A DNA stretch of 64,000 bases from Felis catus. Lineage: Eukaryota. Below the pieces are notes generated by a model. That model had not been told where the DNA came from. It did no database searches and worked only from the letters and a program-made list of their open reading frames with translations. Below are positions 1 through 12,428 of the stretch, piece by piece; positions within the stretch are counted from its first letter, which is position 1, and every line of letters starts with the position of its first letter. Both the position numbers and the translations under genes were made by a program. The stretch lies in contig NC_058368.1 in assembly GCF_018350175.1 (NCBI RefSeq), positions 73,968,001 to 74,032,000 of the forward strand, read 5' to 3'.

Positions 1-30
1 ACATTAAAACAAAAAATTAAAAAAAAAAAA
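1..30 (+). mobile_element. 3' poly(A) tail of a Can-SINE cut by the window edge
   Basis: ACATTAAAACAAAAAATTAAAAAAAAAAAA matches the AAACATTAAAAAAATTAAAAA tail of the other SINEs here. Confidence 0.6.
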
Positions 31-299
31 GGCCTGATAATTCAAACTGGAGGCAGCTCCTTCAGCGGAGACTGCAAATCTGCCATTAGAAGGACCGCTC
101 TTTCCCCCAGGTCAGCTATTTTGGTGGTACTAATAATTGGGAGAAAATCCAAGGCCCCAGTGAGCTGAGACACTTCAGCCACATGGCCATTAACTATTCA
201 GGTCCTGTGCACTCCAGCGAGGATGGGAGTCACTGTCTGGGTCCAGTGACAGCAGCAGGGCCCAATCCGTGTCCATTCTCCCAGGGTGTGTTCCCTCCC

Positions 300-1310
300 C
301 CATCCTCAGCACTAGGCACGGGCATCTCGTCCTCCTTTTTGGAACTCATCCTTCACTTGGCTTCCAGGAACACATACCCTCCTCGTTTTCCTCCCCCAAT
401 TCCACCTCTCTTTCCCTGGTTCCTCTGCTGAGGCTTCCGGATCTTTCTTATCTCTGACTGTGGGTGTGTCTGAGAATTCAGCTCTCGGGTCTCTCCTCAC
501 CACATACACTCATCCTTCTGGTGAGCTCATTCTGTCCCGTGGACTGAAGCGATCCAGATGGCAAAGGGGCCCTGATTTTCTGTCCAGACCGGGATTTTCT
601 GGCTCGTATAACTAACTATTGACCAAGAGCACTTATCTAACAGTGGAGCTTTGGGCCTTACCCCCCCTCCTCACCCTATGTCCTCCTTCCAGTTGCTCAG
701 GCCAGAAACTGGGTGTCCTCTACAGGAACTCCTTTTTTTGCATCTCCCTGCCTAATCAGTCAGCAAATCCTTTGAATTCGGCCTTAGCAGAACTCCAAAC
801 AGAACGTCCATATTCTAACTCCTTTAAAATTTGTATTGCTTGGCCTCGGTCTGCACTGGCCTTATCCCTAGATGGGATTATGACAACAGCCCTCTAACTG
901 GTCCCGCTTCTTTAGCACTTACTTCTAAAAGTCTACCTTGAACATGCTGCCAGAGCGATCTTATTTAAAAACACAAGTCCCACCGTGACAATCATCTGCT
1001 CAAAACCCTCTGATGGCTTCCACGTGTCTCCTGGCGAAAACCCAAGTGCTCACAAACTCTGACAAAGCCAAAAAGAACCCTGTGGTACATCTCTGATCTC
1101 ACGGCTTTTAACTCTTCCCTTTGCTTCTTCTGGCAAAGCCATAGTGGCCTCTTTGCTTTTCTTAAATAAACCAAGCCTGCTGCTGCCTCATGGACTGTAT
1201 CTCTGCTTTTGTATCATTTGGAGCCACCAAAACCTTCAGGTTTTTCCTCCAAGTTACCTTCCCATTGTTCGCCTTCCTCAGTAGCTTCTATAAAATTGGA
1301 ACATAAAATT
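300..1310 (+). mobile_element. L2 LINE 3' region, ancient and degenerate
   Basis: Diagnostic L2 motifs CCTTCCAGTTGCTCAGGCCA, CAGCAAATCC, CTAACTGGTC, GCCAGAGCGATC, CTGCTCAAAACCCTC in the expected order. Confidence 0.85.
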
Positions 1311-1332
1311 CTGTAGTTAATATTAATTAATT

Positions 1333-1355
1333 TTTAAAAATGTTTACTTATTTTT

Positions 1356-1386
<31 letters not shown>

Positions 1387-1544
1387 CAAGTGGGGGAAGG
1401 GCAGACAGAGAGGGGGACAGATGATGCGAAGCAGGCTCTGCGCTGACAGCAGAGAACCCCATGTGGTGCTTGAACTCACAAACCACGAGATCATGACCTG
1501 AGCTGAAGTCTGATCCTTAACCGACTAAGCCACCCAGGTGCTCC
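1333..1544 (-). mobile_element. Can-SINE
   Basis: Full reverse-complement SINE with (GA)n; TSD TTAATATT(A/G)ATTAATT at 1317-1332 and 1545-1560. Confidence 0.95.
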
Positions 1545-2019
1545 TTAATATTGATTAATTTATTCATGTGTTTGTCTTGTTATCTTAGAAAGAATCCTCT
1601 GTGAGCCTGTTGTCCCATTAAAAAAAAAAAAAAAAAGAATACTACTGGTGTTCACATTAGTTGATTAATTTGCGGATTTGATTTTGAAATGAATTAAAGC
1701 ACTTAGCATGATCCAAGGTACCTAAGGAGATCTTCAACAGTGTCCATGATGATTCCGCTGGTCGTAGAAGGTTATGGTAGGTTCTATGGTAGCTATTTAG
1801 TTGCTCTTATAGAAACCCCTGTCTGCCAGGAAATATCAGGCATGTCCTCCACGCACAGGGAGCTAACAGGAGAAATATAGGTAGATACATATGCATTTCT
1901 AATATAAAGTAGCTGAAAGTATTCGTGAAATTTAGGTGGGTAGTTATAGAATTTTCCCGGGCCTTTTTAGTCAAAAGACTAACTGTAGTTAAAACCCATT
2001 GTGCCGCCTTGCGCCAGCT

Positions 2020-2165
2020 TTTTGAACTTGAACAAATTATTTGACCTTTCTCATGCATAGAATAGAAACGAGGAGGAGGGTGCTGAACCTGTCACAGAGT
2101 TGTTGAAAAGATTAAATGAGATAGGATAGGCAAAGCATTTACTACCGAGCTGACTCATTCCATAG
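2020..2165 (+). mobile_element. MIR fragment
   Basis: CAGAGTTGTTGAAAAGATTAAATGAGATA...AAAGCATT resembles the MIR core and 3' end. Confidence 0.7.
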
Positions 2166-2895
2166 TCCCCAACCAAATCTAACACAGCAAAAGGAATTTA
2201 CGTGTCTAGAGGAAATCCTGTGGGGACCATTTAAAGCAAATTTTTGACGTGAGGTAAAGGGGTTGGCATATTTTAAAAAGATGAGAAGTGTGTAAGTAAT
2301 TGTGGCAAAGAAAATTGAGAATTAATTCTTTGAATTTTGGCTGAGCTCAACGTTTTGCAGCAACCACGTTGCTATGTGTCTTCCATACAGCAGAGAAGGC
2401 TGCCTTTTCTGTATATTTTTGATGAATGGGCTAATACACTGGATTGAAAAAAGTAAAGTCAAGCTTGTCATGTATAAAATGGTTTGACTGTTAATATCCT
2501 GTCTCCACTGAAAGGAAAATTTCTAAGGATGTAGGCTGCAAATATACATCAGAATCATGTAGATTTAGTAAGAAACAAAATTGAGCTCCGTAGTCTGTTA
2601 CCAATATCAATCTGTCACTCCCCTAGTAGCCACTGGAACAACACAAGTGTCTTCTTTCCTAACTAGCCCATTAGAAAGTGTCCTCATTTCTGTGCAAAGA
2701 CTCACGGTTTTCATAATTTGGATAATTATTGCTGAGTCTAGCTAGATTCCACCTCTCAGGACACACAGGCGTGCAGTTTTCTATTTTCTTCACACAGGCA
2801 TCTCTAGTTTTGTCTACACTGTGGTCTGCTCTCAATTTCCAGATATTCAGTGTTCAATGATTGTAAAACAGACACCTTTTAAACATTACCTCCTT

Positions 2896-3112
2896 GGGGC
2901 GCCTGGGTGGCTCAGTCGGTTAAGCGGCCGACTTTGGCTCAGGTCATGATCTCGCGGTCCGTGAGTTCGAGCCCCGCGTCGGGCTCTGGGCTGACAGCTC
3001 AGAGCCTGGAGCCCGTTTCAGATTCTGTGTCTCCCTCTCTCTGACCCTCCCCCGTTCATGCTCTGTCTCTCTCTGTCTCAAAAATAAATAAACGTTAAAA
3101 AAAATAAAAAAA
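2896..3112 (+). mobile_element. Can-SINE, young and CpG-rich
   Basis: Full length; perfect TSD AAACATTACCTCCTT at 2881-2895 and 3113-3127. Confidence 0.97.
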
Positions 3113-3424
3113 AAACATTACCTCCTTGTTTGACAAGGGCTGTGTTAGATAACTGTTTTAAATGCTGACTTTTTTGGTGAATATATACATTTTTTTTTAA
3201 ATGAGTAGTGTCATATTTAAGGATGCAACTTCTGAACAAAATGCATCAGATGTATGGAATTCTTGCTATTTCTGACAAATGATCCCCTTCATCCGAGGGG
3301 GAGGCAACCATGCTTATGGGAACAACCCGTAGCCATGATCACTCCTGATTGTATCACTCTGGACTGGCAGCCCTTTCCACAATTTGAATGGTTTCCTGTT
3401 TGTTCCCTCCTACAATGTCTCTGC

Positions 3425-3570
3425 ACCTTCATTAGAATGTATGGCTCATGAGGGCAGGAAGCCCTGTTTGTAATCTCAGGATCAAAATCTCAGCTGTAAT
3501 CTCAGGATCAAAAAGAACTGCTGACACTTAAGAGGAGCTTAATGAGTATTTGTTTGGTGAGTTGCAGATG
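3425..3570 (+). mobile_element. L2 3' end fragment
   Basis: TAGAATGTATGGCTCATGAGGGCAGG...CTTAATGAGTATTTGTT resembles the L2 terminus. Confidence 0.6.
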
Positions 3571-3670
3571 GTTGAATTCAGCTTTAAAGAATGGAAATCT
3601 ATAAATGCATCACTGGAGAGTGTAATACTGACTTTGGGGTACTATTTTGGCTGACCTCTTAGAATGTGGC

Positions 3671-3908
3671 TATTTTATTTTTAATTTTTATTATTATTAT
3701 TTTTTAATGTTTATTTATTTTTGAGACAGAGAGAGACAGAGCATGAGCAGGGGAGGGGCAGAGAGAGAGGGAGACACAGAATCCGAAGCAGGCTCCAGGC
3801 TCCGAGCTGTCAGCACAGAGCCCGACGCGGGGCTCGAACCCACAGAGTGTGAGATCACGACCTGAGCTGAAGTCAGATGCTCAACCAACTGAGCCACCCA
3901 GGAGCCCC
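3671..3908 (-). mobile_element. Can-SINE
   Basis: Full length; TSD TAGAATGTGG at 3660-3669 and 3909-3918. Confidence 0.96.
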
Positions 3909-4879
3909 TAGAATGTGGACATTTGAAAGACCAGCTGCACAAGGCTGATGTGAGCCAGAGGAAGATGAGTGAGATTAGATCGACTGGACGCCTGGCTTGT
4001 GTCAGCTGTGTTCTAGCAGATCAATGTTCCGGGCCCTGTCTAGTGGGGGGATGCTGAACCCCAGTAAGGTATATTGCCTCTTCAGTTTCCCTGTCAGGGT
4101 TACAGCAAGAGGATTAATTTGTGTTGACAATTTAAGTTCTGTGTGCTTTTGCATGTGTTTACTTTGCACTAAGAATAGTGGGTAGAGAAATAGTGTTTGT
4201 TGCTCATTTTTATCCACCCATACAACACTCCTACCTACTCAGACACGATGTGGTCTTGAATCATTGAAAGGCTTCTCATCAATTTTGAATCTGTTGCCTG
4301 AGAATAGTCAACTGGAAGGAAGTAATAAAGCATTCCCAAAGTGAAATCCTGTTTCTAAAGAAGATCGAGATAGAACAATGAAAACAGTTTACATTAGAGT
4401 CCGCTCCAGAAGCTCGCAAAGAAAAGACGAATTATTAAGGGGGAAACGTGGGCCACGTAGCCTGTGTTGTACGAGTGTCCGAGGCTTCATACGTGTGATA
4501 ATCCCACGCATACGTCTGGGGCCTGGGATCTCCCTGCCTTATCTGACTCTCCCCAGAACCTGCAAGGCGACTGACCACCTCACCGCAAACCTGTTCACAC
4601 TTACAGCTATCACTCACTTTTCCCTTTTAACTTGTGCACCTGTGATCGCACACAGACGGGAAAGGAACACAAGTTTTGGATCAGTGACCACGGCAAGAAC
4701 AGTTTTCTGAAGGAGGAAAACCAGGTTGTCGTTTCAGCTCTACAGACCAACTATTATGTGCTCACGGTTTTTTTTTCCCTGAGCCTGATTTTCTCATCTG
4801 CTAAATAGTAATTCTAGTAACTATGTGTACTCCAGACAGTTTACATATGTCATCGCCTTAATCTTCACAATAACCCCGT

Positions 4880-5635
4880 ATGACATCTTTTCGATGAGCC
4901 TCCCTGACTGGGATTTGGTCCTGTGTCACCCAGACCCCCCTTTCTCACTTGTTGTCATTGGGGGGATGAGGGCAGGCTATGAGCGACCTTCTCTTGAGAG
5001 CTGGACTCAGTTTTTCAATTAAAGACCAGTCTGGGTCCTACTGTGAAGGGACTTTGCAGATGGACTTAAAGTCCCTGATCAGTTGGCTTCAAGCTAATAA
5101 AAATGTTTTTTTTTAAATTTATTTTTGGAGAGAGAGAGAGAGAGAGCACAAGCAAGGGAGGGGCAGAGAGAGAAAGGGAGACACAGAATCTGAAGCAGGC
5201 TCCAGGCTCTGAGCTGTCAGCACAGAGCCCGATGCAGGGTTCGAACTCACGAACTGTGAGATCCTGACCTGAGCCAAAGTTGGACTCAGCCACCCAGGTG
5301 CCCCAACTTTGAGCTAATCAAAGAGGAGATTATCCAAGGTAGGCCTGACTTCATCATTTGGAAGGCCTTTAACAAGATCTGTTAGGCCTTCTTTGAGCTC
5401 AGAGATTCCAAACAGCGAGGGGTGTGCAATTGGGCTCTTTTACCTCTGGCTCTTCCTTCTGGACGGTGGCCTGTCGGTGGGCAGCCAGCACCAGCTCTTG
5501 CCCATAGGGTTCCAGCCTGCTCCTTCCTTTCCTGAGAGCTGCCCTAGGGACTTGACCCTTTTTTCACCTGCCCGCACAATGGTGCAAGCCAATTATTGAA
5601 ATAAATCCCTTTACGTTGAACCCTGACTGCTATAC
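4880..5635 (+). mobile_element. MLT2-family (ERVL) solo LTR, interrupted by a Can-SINE
   Basis: TGTGAAGGGACTTTGCAGATG, GGAGATTATCC, GTTCCAGCCTGC, CACAAT...AGCCAATT...AATAAATC, GAACCCTGACT; 5' boundary approximate. Confidence 0.75.
5101..5304 (-). mobile_element. Can-SINE with a small deletion near its 5' end
   Basis: Reverse-complement SINE ending CCACCCAGGTGCCCC; AGCTAAT on both flanks. Confidence 0.93.
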
Positions 5636-6515
5636 CCCCAGTGTGGTTAGTGTTTTCAACGCTATTATGAAGGTAATGAAGCTTGAGAAGTTAACTATGT
5701 CCCCTTGCATTTTGTAGCAAGCTCCAGTGTGGAGTTGACACTTTAGGCTATACTGCCTAGTACAACAGTGGCTGCCGAATAGTCTTGAAAATATCTTAGA
5801 AGATCAAATAAGAACATAGACTGGATCCCGGAGCCAGGCATTGTATTGATCTTGCTTACCACGGTAGCCCTGTTCTTGCAGGTCTGGCGTGTGGTGCTAT
5901 TTGTTTTTGAATGAATGAATAAATGGAAACTGTAAAGTGCTAATCATATGTAGGTGTCACTATTACCAATAACAACATTTCACTTTGGGCTCTTACACAG
6001 TCTTCGTCACAGCACTTCCGCATGCTTGAGACAATCTCTACCCCATTTTTTTTCCTCTCTAGCTCAGAAATTTGGATGGAAAACCAAAGATTCGCAATCC
6101 TGTCTCAGCTTGACCACTGGCTTTGTTTCCTTGGCCCATCTGTGTAAGAACCTGGACGCAAGGTCCAAGAATATAAATGACAAGCCCAACAGCATTCTCT
6201 CCACGTGTCACAGAAATGTCAGTAGGATCCTTAGATAATATCTGAATGCCTGGGATGCTTATCGTGGGCTTTGAGTGGTCACGATGGGCATGTGTCTGTA
6301 TTTGGCACTGAGAGGGGTCAAAAGAGCCTGTGGGTCTTGCACTTGAGGAATTTATGGTCAGGGTGAGACAGGACAGCAGCTCCAAAATGATCAGAGAAGT
6401 ACGATCAGAGCCAAGTGTAAATATATGGATGTGTTTTGTGAACCTTCAGTAGAGCAATTGGGTTTTGATCGATTGACATGGTGACTCTTCTCTAAAGAGA
6501 GGGATTTTGCTTTTT

Positions 6516-6738
6516 TTTTAAAATTTTTTTTCCCAACGTTTTTATTTATTTTTGGGACAGAGAGAGACAGAGCATGAACGGGGGAGGGGCAGAGAGAGAG
6601 GGAGACACAGAATCGGAAACAGGTTCCAGGCTCTGAGCCATCAGCCCAGAGCCAGACGCGGGGCTTGAACTCACGGACCGTGAGATCATGACCTGGCTGA
6701 AGTCGGACGCTTAACCGACTGCGCCACCCAGGCGCCCC
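6516..6738 (-). mobile_element. Can-SINE, youngest-looking subfamily
   Basis: Diagnostic GGCGCAGTC...TTCAGCCAGGTC; perfect TSD GGATTTTGCTTTTT at 6502-6515 and 6740-6753. Confidence 0.97.
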
Positions 6739-9259
6739 TGGATTTTGCTTTTTAAAGTTACCTCTAGATCTCCAGCTCCTAGGACGATGCCTGGCTGAAT
6801 GCAGGGGTTCCATTAATATTTGTTTCAAACGATAAAGTTTCAGACTAGCTCACATATGCAGAAAAGAACACAAGTTTATCAGAGAGAAGGGCGGCAAGCA
6901 TTCCAGACAGGGATGCGAAGAAAAGTACTAAATTTTCAGACGACCTTAAACTCTGGTGCTAACATTTCTGTGAAAAAAAAAAAAAAATGGGGTGGAGATT
7001 CTCTGTTGTACGATACCGGATTTCCTGGGCTGTGTTCAAAGTCATATTCTGATTCTGAAATATATCACTTCTTAAAAGAAAGAACTCTAGCTTGGGCTTT
7101 TACCAACGAGGTTTCCCCAAAGTGTAACAGAGATTTCTCACCTACCTCTAAAAACAGATACAGTGGCCGGGCCTGACTTCGGGGATTCTTTAGAGGATCC
7201 TTTTTTCCAGTGTGATTGTTTTTTACCTGGCCACAATTACCGGGAAGCTTGCAAGCCCTTTCTAGGGAACTGAAGACCAGTGAGGATTTGGAAGCAGCTC
7301 TAACCAGAGGCACTACGGTGTCCTGGGTAGAGAATTTCTGCAGAAGGTGGTGTCATTGACTGCTTCCAAAAGAAACATTCCTCTGTGGTCCGGGCAGGGC
7401 CCCTAGTTTCTGCATGAAAGAGGGGCGGAGCCCAGCAGTATGAGGCTGGGTTGCTTCTTGGGCTTTTGGGGATTTTGATTTCATTTTGTTTTGACAGCCA
7501 GATCCATTGTACAAGCTTCCTGTTCTTTGTTTTCATTCCCAGTCTTAGGGTGTTAATTACAGATTCCCTCTCACCTTTTTTCAGAGATTCTGTCTCAAAG
7601 TTCAAGGCTGTCAGCCGAAATGCGTCCTCAGGCTGCATCGACACCGACGTGATCCTACGAAAATACCAATAAGCCCATTAAACAAAAGAGGAGTTAAGAG
7701 GGAATAAGACAAATTTCTCAGATATGAGCCATTTCCCTGCAAGTGTCTTTCAGGTTACACTTGACTTGTGCATATAGAGAGTGTGGAAACAAGAACCAAA
7801 ATCTAATAACTCAGAGAGCACGAGTGAAATGTGACAACATTTTCATTGCTGAAAATGAGAAGGAAATTAATTGCTTGTTCTGTTGGGTTAAGAGAACGAA
7901 TCGGGTTACCCAAACTTTAATTTAGCCAGGAAGACACGTCTTTTGTTACCAAAAGACATGACTTTGTTTATCAATTACCTACGAAGTATCAAAGAATAAG
8001 ATGCAGGAAAGAAGAATACACTTAGTGTCCTGGCTTATTATTGGCTGCACAAGGAGTTTGGGTAGCACCAGGCAAGCTATTTAACCTTTCTATGACTCAA
8101 ATTACCCACACTTTGAGATGGTAAGCCTATTCTCCTCATCAAAAGCATTTACTGAGTGCCCAACTCTGCATGGTCCTAGGGTGTGAAAAAGAGAGAAAAA
8201 AAGATAAGGAATTTCTAGAACAGATACTAAAATAGATACGAGCATGACTGGATTTCTAACAAAATCACAGAGGTGGGCGTTCATTAAAAATATTGTTTTG
8301 TTCAAGTATCACACATATAGAAGTATATGCACACGCATTTGTATCTATGCACATATACACAATATATACATACATTTTATATACATGAACATTTTCACTT
8401 ACTCTTAATTGCTTGATAAAGATGTCAAATGGCTAAGGAAGAGAAACCAAACAGCTGAGATTCACTGAGTGCCTTCCGCATGGCAACTGCTGTGGGCACT
8501 TCAGATTTGTGGCTTCGCTTATTCCTCTACATGTCTCTGTGAGTGAGCCTTCGTCAGCTGTTCTTTATAGTCAAGGGACAAAAAGTGCAGAGAGATTACA
8601 TACTTGACCAAACTCCATGTGGTAGGAGTCAGGTTCAAACGAGATGTGGCTGGTTCCACAGGCTGAACTTCTTTTTGCATCCATCTTCTGGAAAAGATGG
8701 GGTTCCAGAGGGTTATCCACAACCGAAAAGCAGGTGTTTGGCAACTGAGGGCGTAGTTGTGAGGAGAGCTTGCAAATCGCATTCACCAGCTGGTTGACCT
8801 GCAGGAGATCTGCAAGGACAACCCGGTATCAGAAGGCTACTTTCGTTTGGCCACTTATTATTTGTGCCTTGAATGAGAACAGAAATGGCAAGCTTGTGTC
8901 TTCCCTGGCACATCGATGGGGAAACCCAGGTCATCATCTGAAAGAGATAACATTTGGTAAAGAAGAAGGTTGTAGTAGAAGTGGGACTAAGTTTCTCCAG
9001 CTTGCCTGCCCACATTAGTGCAAATCCCATCATAAAAACGTGTTCTTCAGGCTTGTGTCAGACAACCCTGGAGACTTAATGCGCTTAATACGTAAGTATG
9101 AGCTGTCCCCATGAGGCACAAACTGGGGAGAGTTGGCTATGAGCACTTCCTGTTGCCCTGCCTGTCACCCATTACTGTCCCCAGTTCCTCAATCCCATGC
9201 TCTATTACCCAAATCAGATGTGGCCTCAGACGGACCACTCTTATGTGCAGACAACCTGA

Positions 9260-9465
9260 TCTCAGTAGACCAGGGCTGAAATTCTGGTTGTACCACCGCT
9301 AGCCATGTAATTTTGGCCAAGTTTATTTTGTGATTCTGAATCTCAATTAACTGTATTCTCCAAAATGAGAACAACCTTATTGGCTGTTGGAAGATCTAAT
9401 AAAATACCATACATTAAGCATTTCGAATGATGCTACTGCGGTAAGTATTCTGTAAATGTTAGTTT
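9260..9465 (+). mobile_element. MIR
   Basis: AGACCAGGGCTGAAATTCTGG...GCCATGTAATTTTGGCCAAGTT...AAAATGAG...TAAATGTTAG follows the MIR layout. Confidence 0.7.
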
Positions 9466-9989
9466 CCCTTTCCTTTTTTTTTAGGTTCATCTAAGTGTTT
9501 GTATCGAAGAAAGGTGGAGGGTTTGGGCATAAGCGATTTTTTTATTTCTGCAATGCAAATATTTGAGAACAACGCTTAAGCAAAACAACTGAAGGTGAGC
9601 AGAAAACAGGTAAGTGAATATAATGATAAAAAAATAAGAAACTTTAGCAGTCAGTCAGTAGAGGATGAAAGGGGAAATGAGACGGGTTCTCATCAGCACA
9701 GGTAAGAATGGTTCACAGTGTGGGATTCCAGACAGGTCAACAAGATGTGGGTTGACTAGTCTGAAGGCAGATGAGCATTGGGACACCATGATGGTCTTTC
9801 CTGGGGCAGAGTCACAACAGTGGTAGGACAGATATCAGAGCGGAGTAAGCAAATAACAATTTTTCCATTGATGAGAAAGACAGAAGCGGGACAAGGTTCT
9901 TGATCCCTCCAATATTTCCAAGGACGGAATTCTGGGAACTTGGAGGGGAATTTCTTTTTTTTTTTTCCCACTAACCTCTGCTTGTAATT

Positions 9990-10602
9990 TAGCATTTCTT
10001 TTAATAATAAAACCTAGATAACAAGATCTATAGTACTAGCAGTAATACTCCACCTTGATTCCAGAAATCACAGATATTTTCATATCACATTACAATGATT
10101 GTCACTATTGCTAAGTATTGTTAACGCTCAACATGACTTCAAAATTATGGTAGTTACTAGATGTACCACTAGATTTGTTAATTCGTGAGTTGATAAACAC
10201 ATCTCTTGTCCTGTCACTTATTTTCAAAACCGTATTTTTTTTTTATTTTTTATTTTTTTTATTTTTATTTTTGGGACAGAGCGAGACAGACCATGAACGG
10301 GGGAGGGGCAGAGAGAGAGGGAGACAGAGAATTGGAAACAGGCTCCAGGCTCTGAGCCATCAGCCCAGAGCCCGACGCGGGGCTCGAACCCACAGACCGT
10401 GAGATCGTGACCTGGCTGAAGTCAGACGCTTAACCGACTACGCCACCCAGGCGCCCCTAAAACCGTATTTTAAAAGCTGTATGCAGTATAATTGGAATCT
10501 TCGGTAATCCCAAGTATTTTATTTATTTAAAAGCATTCTTCCAAGAGGGAATTCATTGGCTCCACCAGATTTCAGAGTCACAAAAAAGCGTAATAATACC
10601 TG
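9990..10602. mobile_element. hAT-Charlie DNA transposon fragment (Charlie4-like), interrupted by a Can-SINE
   Basis: Terminus GCATTCTTCCAAGAGGGG...GGCTCCACCAGA...CACAAAAAAGCGTAATAATACCTG resembles the recalled Charlie4 end; internal TTCAAAATTATGGTAGTTA. Confidence 0.65.
10239..10457 (-). mobile_element. Can-SINE, youngest-looking subfamily
   Basis: TTCAGCCAGGTC diagnostic; perfect TSD AAAACCGTATTTT at 10226-10238 and 10459-10471. Confidence 0.97.
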
Positions 10603-10904
10603 ACATGATTATAGGATAAAGGAAGGCTAGTTTTCAAAATGGTAGAGATTAGAGCATGTTATAGACTATAGGGACTAAGTCTGGAGAGGGAAAGTGAAAC
10701 CTGAAGATCCAGGAAGGAGAGAATTTTCTCAGAGGGCATCCCATTTACGTGTTGGCATCGAATTAAAAGAGGAAACTGCTCTTGTGAGATGGGAAAGAAG
10801 AAATAAGACTGTTTATTGATGCAGATTCATTGTTCAGGGGAAGGCATGGGAAATTAAAGATTTGATCATTTCAGATTTTTGATATTTGGCAATTTTGGTT
10901 TTTC

Positions 10905-10943
10905 TTTTTTTCTTTAATGTTTTGTATGTTTATTTAGTTTTGT

Positions 10944-10979
<36 letters not shown>

Positions 10980-11127
10980 GGGGCAGAGAGAGAGGGAGAC
11001 ACAGAATCCGAAGCAGGCTCCAGGCTGTCAGCACTGAGCCTGACTTGGGGCTCAAACTCAAGAACCGCCAAGATCATGACCTGAGCCGAAGTCAGATGCT
11101 CAGCCAACTGAGCCACCCAGGTGCCCC
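10905..11127 (-). mobile_element. Can-SINE
   Basis: (GA)n, GACACAGAATCCGAAGCAGGCTCCAGG, GCCACCCAGGTGCCCC. Confidence 0.95.
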
Positions 11128-11204
11128 ACGATTTTAGCATTTCTTAATGTAGTAGCAGGTGATGTTTTCAGTGGAGAAGGAAGGCTGGGTTAGGATGAAT
11201 GTTT

Positions 11205-11447
11205 TTGTTTTTGTTTTTTTAAATGTTTTTTGTTTATTTATTTATTTATTTTTGAGAGAGAGAGAGAGAGAGACAGAGAGAGTGAGTGGGGGAGGGGCAG
11301 AAAGAGAGGGAGAGAGAGAATCCTAAGCAGGCTCTGTGCTGTCAGCACAGAGCCCAATGGGGGGATCGAACTCACACACCATGAGATCATGACCTGAGCC
11401 GAAACTAAGAGTTGGAGTCTTAACCGACTGAGCCACCCAGGCACCCC
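11205..11447 (-). mobile_element. Can-SINE, older subtype with the AAGAG insert
   Basis: TSD AGGA(T/C)GAATGTTT at 11192-11204 and 11448-11460. Confidence 0.95.
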
Positions 11448-12209
11448 AGGACGAATGTTTAAAATGGTAAACATTTGGAGTAGTCACGGAGAAGCCTGAG
11501 AGAAGGTGCTGACTGGACAGAAAGTGGGCCTACTGAGTGCAGTCACGTGATGGTCTTTGACGTGGCTCAGCTGTTATGAGTGACAAGAAACACAATCCAT
11601 ACCTCAGCGAGCCTGTCCCTCACATGGTAAGTACAAACCTCCATCAGCCTCCTTGTTCACGGGTCATCAAGTATCCCCCTGCCCCGCGTCCTGAGCCCTG
11701 CCGGTAGTTGGATCTGGATTCAAAAGCAGCCCTGATCCACTCGCATGTGCCTTTCTAGGGCATTCATAAACACGAGTGCTGCAGAACTCTGGCCAATCCG
11801 TGGGTGGGACCGTTTTTATTCAGACTCTCCTTTCTTTATTGACTATTATATTCCTGCAGTAGTATAAAGGATGCATCACTTTCTATTTAGCTACAGAAAT
11901 CTAAGTGCATGAAATAAAGTTCCTTACTCTCTTTGGTTAAGCTGTTGGGGTCTTAGTTGGGGGAGATACTTATTGACAGAGCAGAGAGGGTGCACTGAAA
12001 TGCTACTTCTCCCATCCATCTTTGGCTTCCTGGATCCTTCCCTCGGGGGTCACCAGACACCATAATTGTTTTATGTCATCATATCACCCCCACCCCCAAA
12101 AGCCTTGGCAGTATCCTGAGAAGGAAGGGGAGTCAGGAGTGGAGAGGACTTGGACTGACATGAATCTCACCCAAAGGCTCTAGGGAAAAAGCAGAAAATT
12201 TGGCCCAGA

Positions 12210-12428
12210 GGAGCGCCTGGGTGGCTCAGTCGGTTAAGTGTCCAACTTCGGCTCAGGTCATGATCTCACGGTTCGTGGGTTATGAGTCCCGCATCAGGCT
12301 CTGTGCTGACAGCTCAGAATCTGGAGCCTGTTTCAGATTCTGTGTTTTCCTCTCTCTCTCTGCCCCTCCCCTGTTCACTCTCTTTTTCTCTCTCTCTCAA
12401 AAATAAATAAATAAAACATTTAATAAAA
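12210..12428 (+). mobile_element. Can-SINE
   Basis: TSD AGAAA(A/G)TTTGGCCCAGA at 12193-12209 and 12429-12445. Confidence 0.96.

Noticed and set aside
7583..7672. Possible terminal coding exon (TTTTTTCAG|AGATTC...DSVSKFKAVSRNASSGCIDTDVILRKYQ*)
   Set aside because: A plausible acceptor and some CpGs, but no recognisable protein and no upstream coding exons found; cannot be supported
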